A DNA stretch of 64,000 bases, taken from the NCBI GenBank assembly GCA_002269645.1, contig NIVC01000977.1, positions 124,001-188,000 on the forward strand, read 5' to 3'. The notes under the pieces were generated by a model, which was not told the origin of the DNA, made no database searches, and saw nothing but the letters and a program-made list of their open reading frames with translations. Within the stretch, counting starts at the first letter, position 1; every line of letters starts with the position of its first letter. Shown here one piece after another: positions 62,772 to 64,000 of the stretch. Source of the DNA: Macrostomum lignano (lineage: Eukaryota). Made by a program: the position numbers and the translations under genes.

Positions 62772-63574
62772 AATTACAGACTGGCCTTGACTAGACTTTG
62801 CGAATACTGCCGTGTATTTTGAGCTGTGGTTCCAAGTGCATGAATATGTACTTTTCAAATATTTTAAGTAACTGTTTGAAAATAGCAAAGATTCCTACGA
62901 GTCGGATCTAATTGTTGGATATTAAGGAGAAATTCCTGAAATTTTCTCAGCATTTAGCACGCAGAAAACAATGCTATAAGAAGATATATTTAACTGCATC
63001 ATTTTTGTTCATCTAGTACTTGTAGTCAGTTAATAGGCGTAAGTTTTAAACACTTCAAGAAAGAAATCTATTTTTTTATTGGATCCGACAGTTGTATTTG
63101 AGGTGCGAGACTACTATTAATAGTAGCAGTACATGTACTTATTTTACATGTTTGTATACTTACGAGTAGTCATTGAAGCGCATTGGTGCAAATGTAAAGA
63201 TAAATCTAAAAAGGATTTGCGAGATATTCTTATGGGCAACGTGCATTCACATATTTTCAATATGAATATTTTCAACGCTTGCACATGCCAATCTTCTGCA
63301 TGTAACTTTCCCAATTTTGGAAACGTGAATTCAAGTATTCATTTAATTTCATTTAATATTGCTGGAAAATAAATTGTCCGCGAAAATTTTATTGCAAAAA
63401 GGATTATTAGCATATAATGATTTAAATACCAAGCAATTAGCACTATATGTGAGTTATGAGTCTAATTATTATTTCTATGCGAGGGGTTCGCTATGGATTT
63501 TTTGTGGAGCTGAGGGCAAAGCCAAGAATTCTACATGACAAGATTACTATAGTTTTGGAATCGGTGTTGTTAGC

Positions 63575-64000
63575 AATCATTTTGGCGCCGCAGGCACTCA
63601 TTTTGGCGCCGCAAGCACTCATTTTGGCGCCGCAAGCACTCATTTTGGCGCCGCAGGCAATCATTTTGGCGCCGCAGGCAATCATTTTGGCGCCGCAGGC
63701 AATCATTTTGGCGCCGCAGGCAATCATTTTGGCGTCGCAGGCACTCATTTTGGCGCCGCAGGCAATCATTTTGGCGCCGCAGGCAATCATTTTGGCGCCG
63801 CAGGCAATCATTTTGGCGCCGCAGGCAATCATTTTGGCGTCGCAGGCACTCATTTTAGCGCCGCAGGCACTCATTTTGGCGCCAAAGGCACTCATTTTGG
63901 CGCCGCAAGCACTCATTTTGGCGCCGCAAGCACTCATTTTGGCGCCGCAAGCACTCATTTTGGCGCCGCAGGCAATCATTTTGGCGCCGCAGGCAATCAT
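63575..64000. repeat. 21-bp minisatellite running off the window end
   Basis: Unit CATTTTGGCGCCGCAGGCA(A/C)T. Confidence 0.95.

Noticed and set aside
63575-64000. GGCGCCGCAGGC in the terminal minisatellite resembles the palindrome's CGCCGCAGGCG motif
   Set aside because: The shared core is only ~10 bp and GC-rich with no flanking similarity, so it is probably chance.

Overview
Eukaryotic, intron-rich, animal-like DNA with four spliced housekeeping genes, each reconstructed by hand with GT-AG junctions and continuous reading frame: Rho-associated kinase (ROCK, minus strand, 11806 to beyond base 1), eIF2B gamma (minus, 29371-24606), casein kinase I alpha (plus, 47423-52649) and a two-domain phosphoethanolamine N-methyltransferase (plus, 56528-62771). 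Almost every intron holds its own minisatellite (16 of 19 introns). This is reminiscent of flatworm genomes such as Macrostomum, but the taxon is inference only. The 18-kb gap between eIF2B gamma and CK1 alpha contains hAT-like MITEs, a deleted Ty3/Gypsy remnant, Helitron/HINE-like repeats and a tRNA-derived fragment. The outstanding feature is a 9,291-bp, essentially non-coding giant palindrome (13703-22993). It has two ~4.6-kb near-identical inverted arms, a 71-bp imperfect branched hairpin at the axis, 5'-ACTACT reiterated termini and a clean 6-bp target-site duplication (CTCACC) inside a 59-bp minisatellite, whose uninterrupted variant is visible ~110 bp further right. It looks like an integrated, fully fold-back mobile element, possibly the opened dimer of a linear hairpin-ended replicon or a non-autonomous Polinton-like element.
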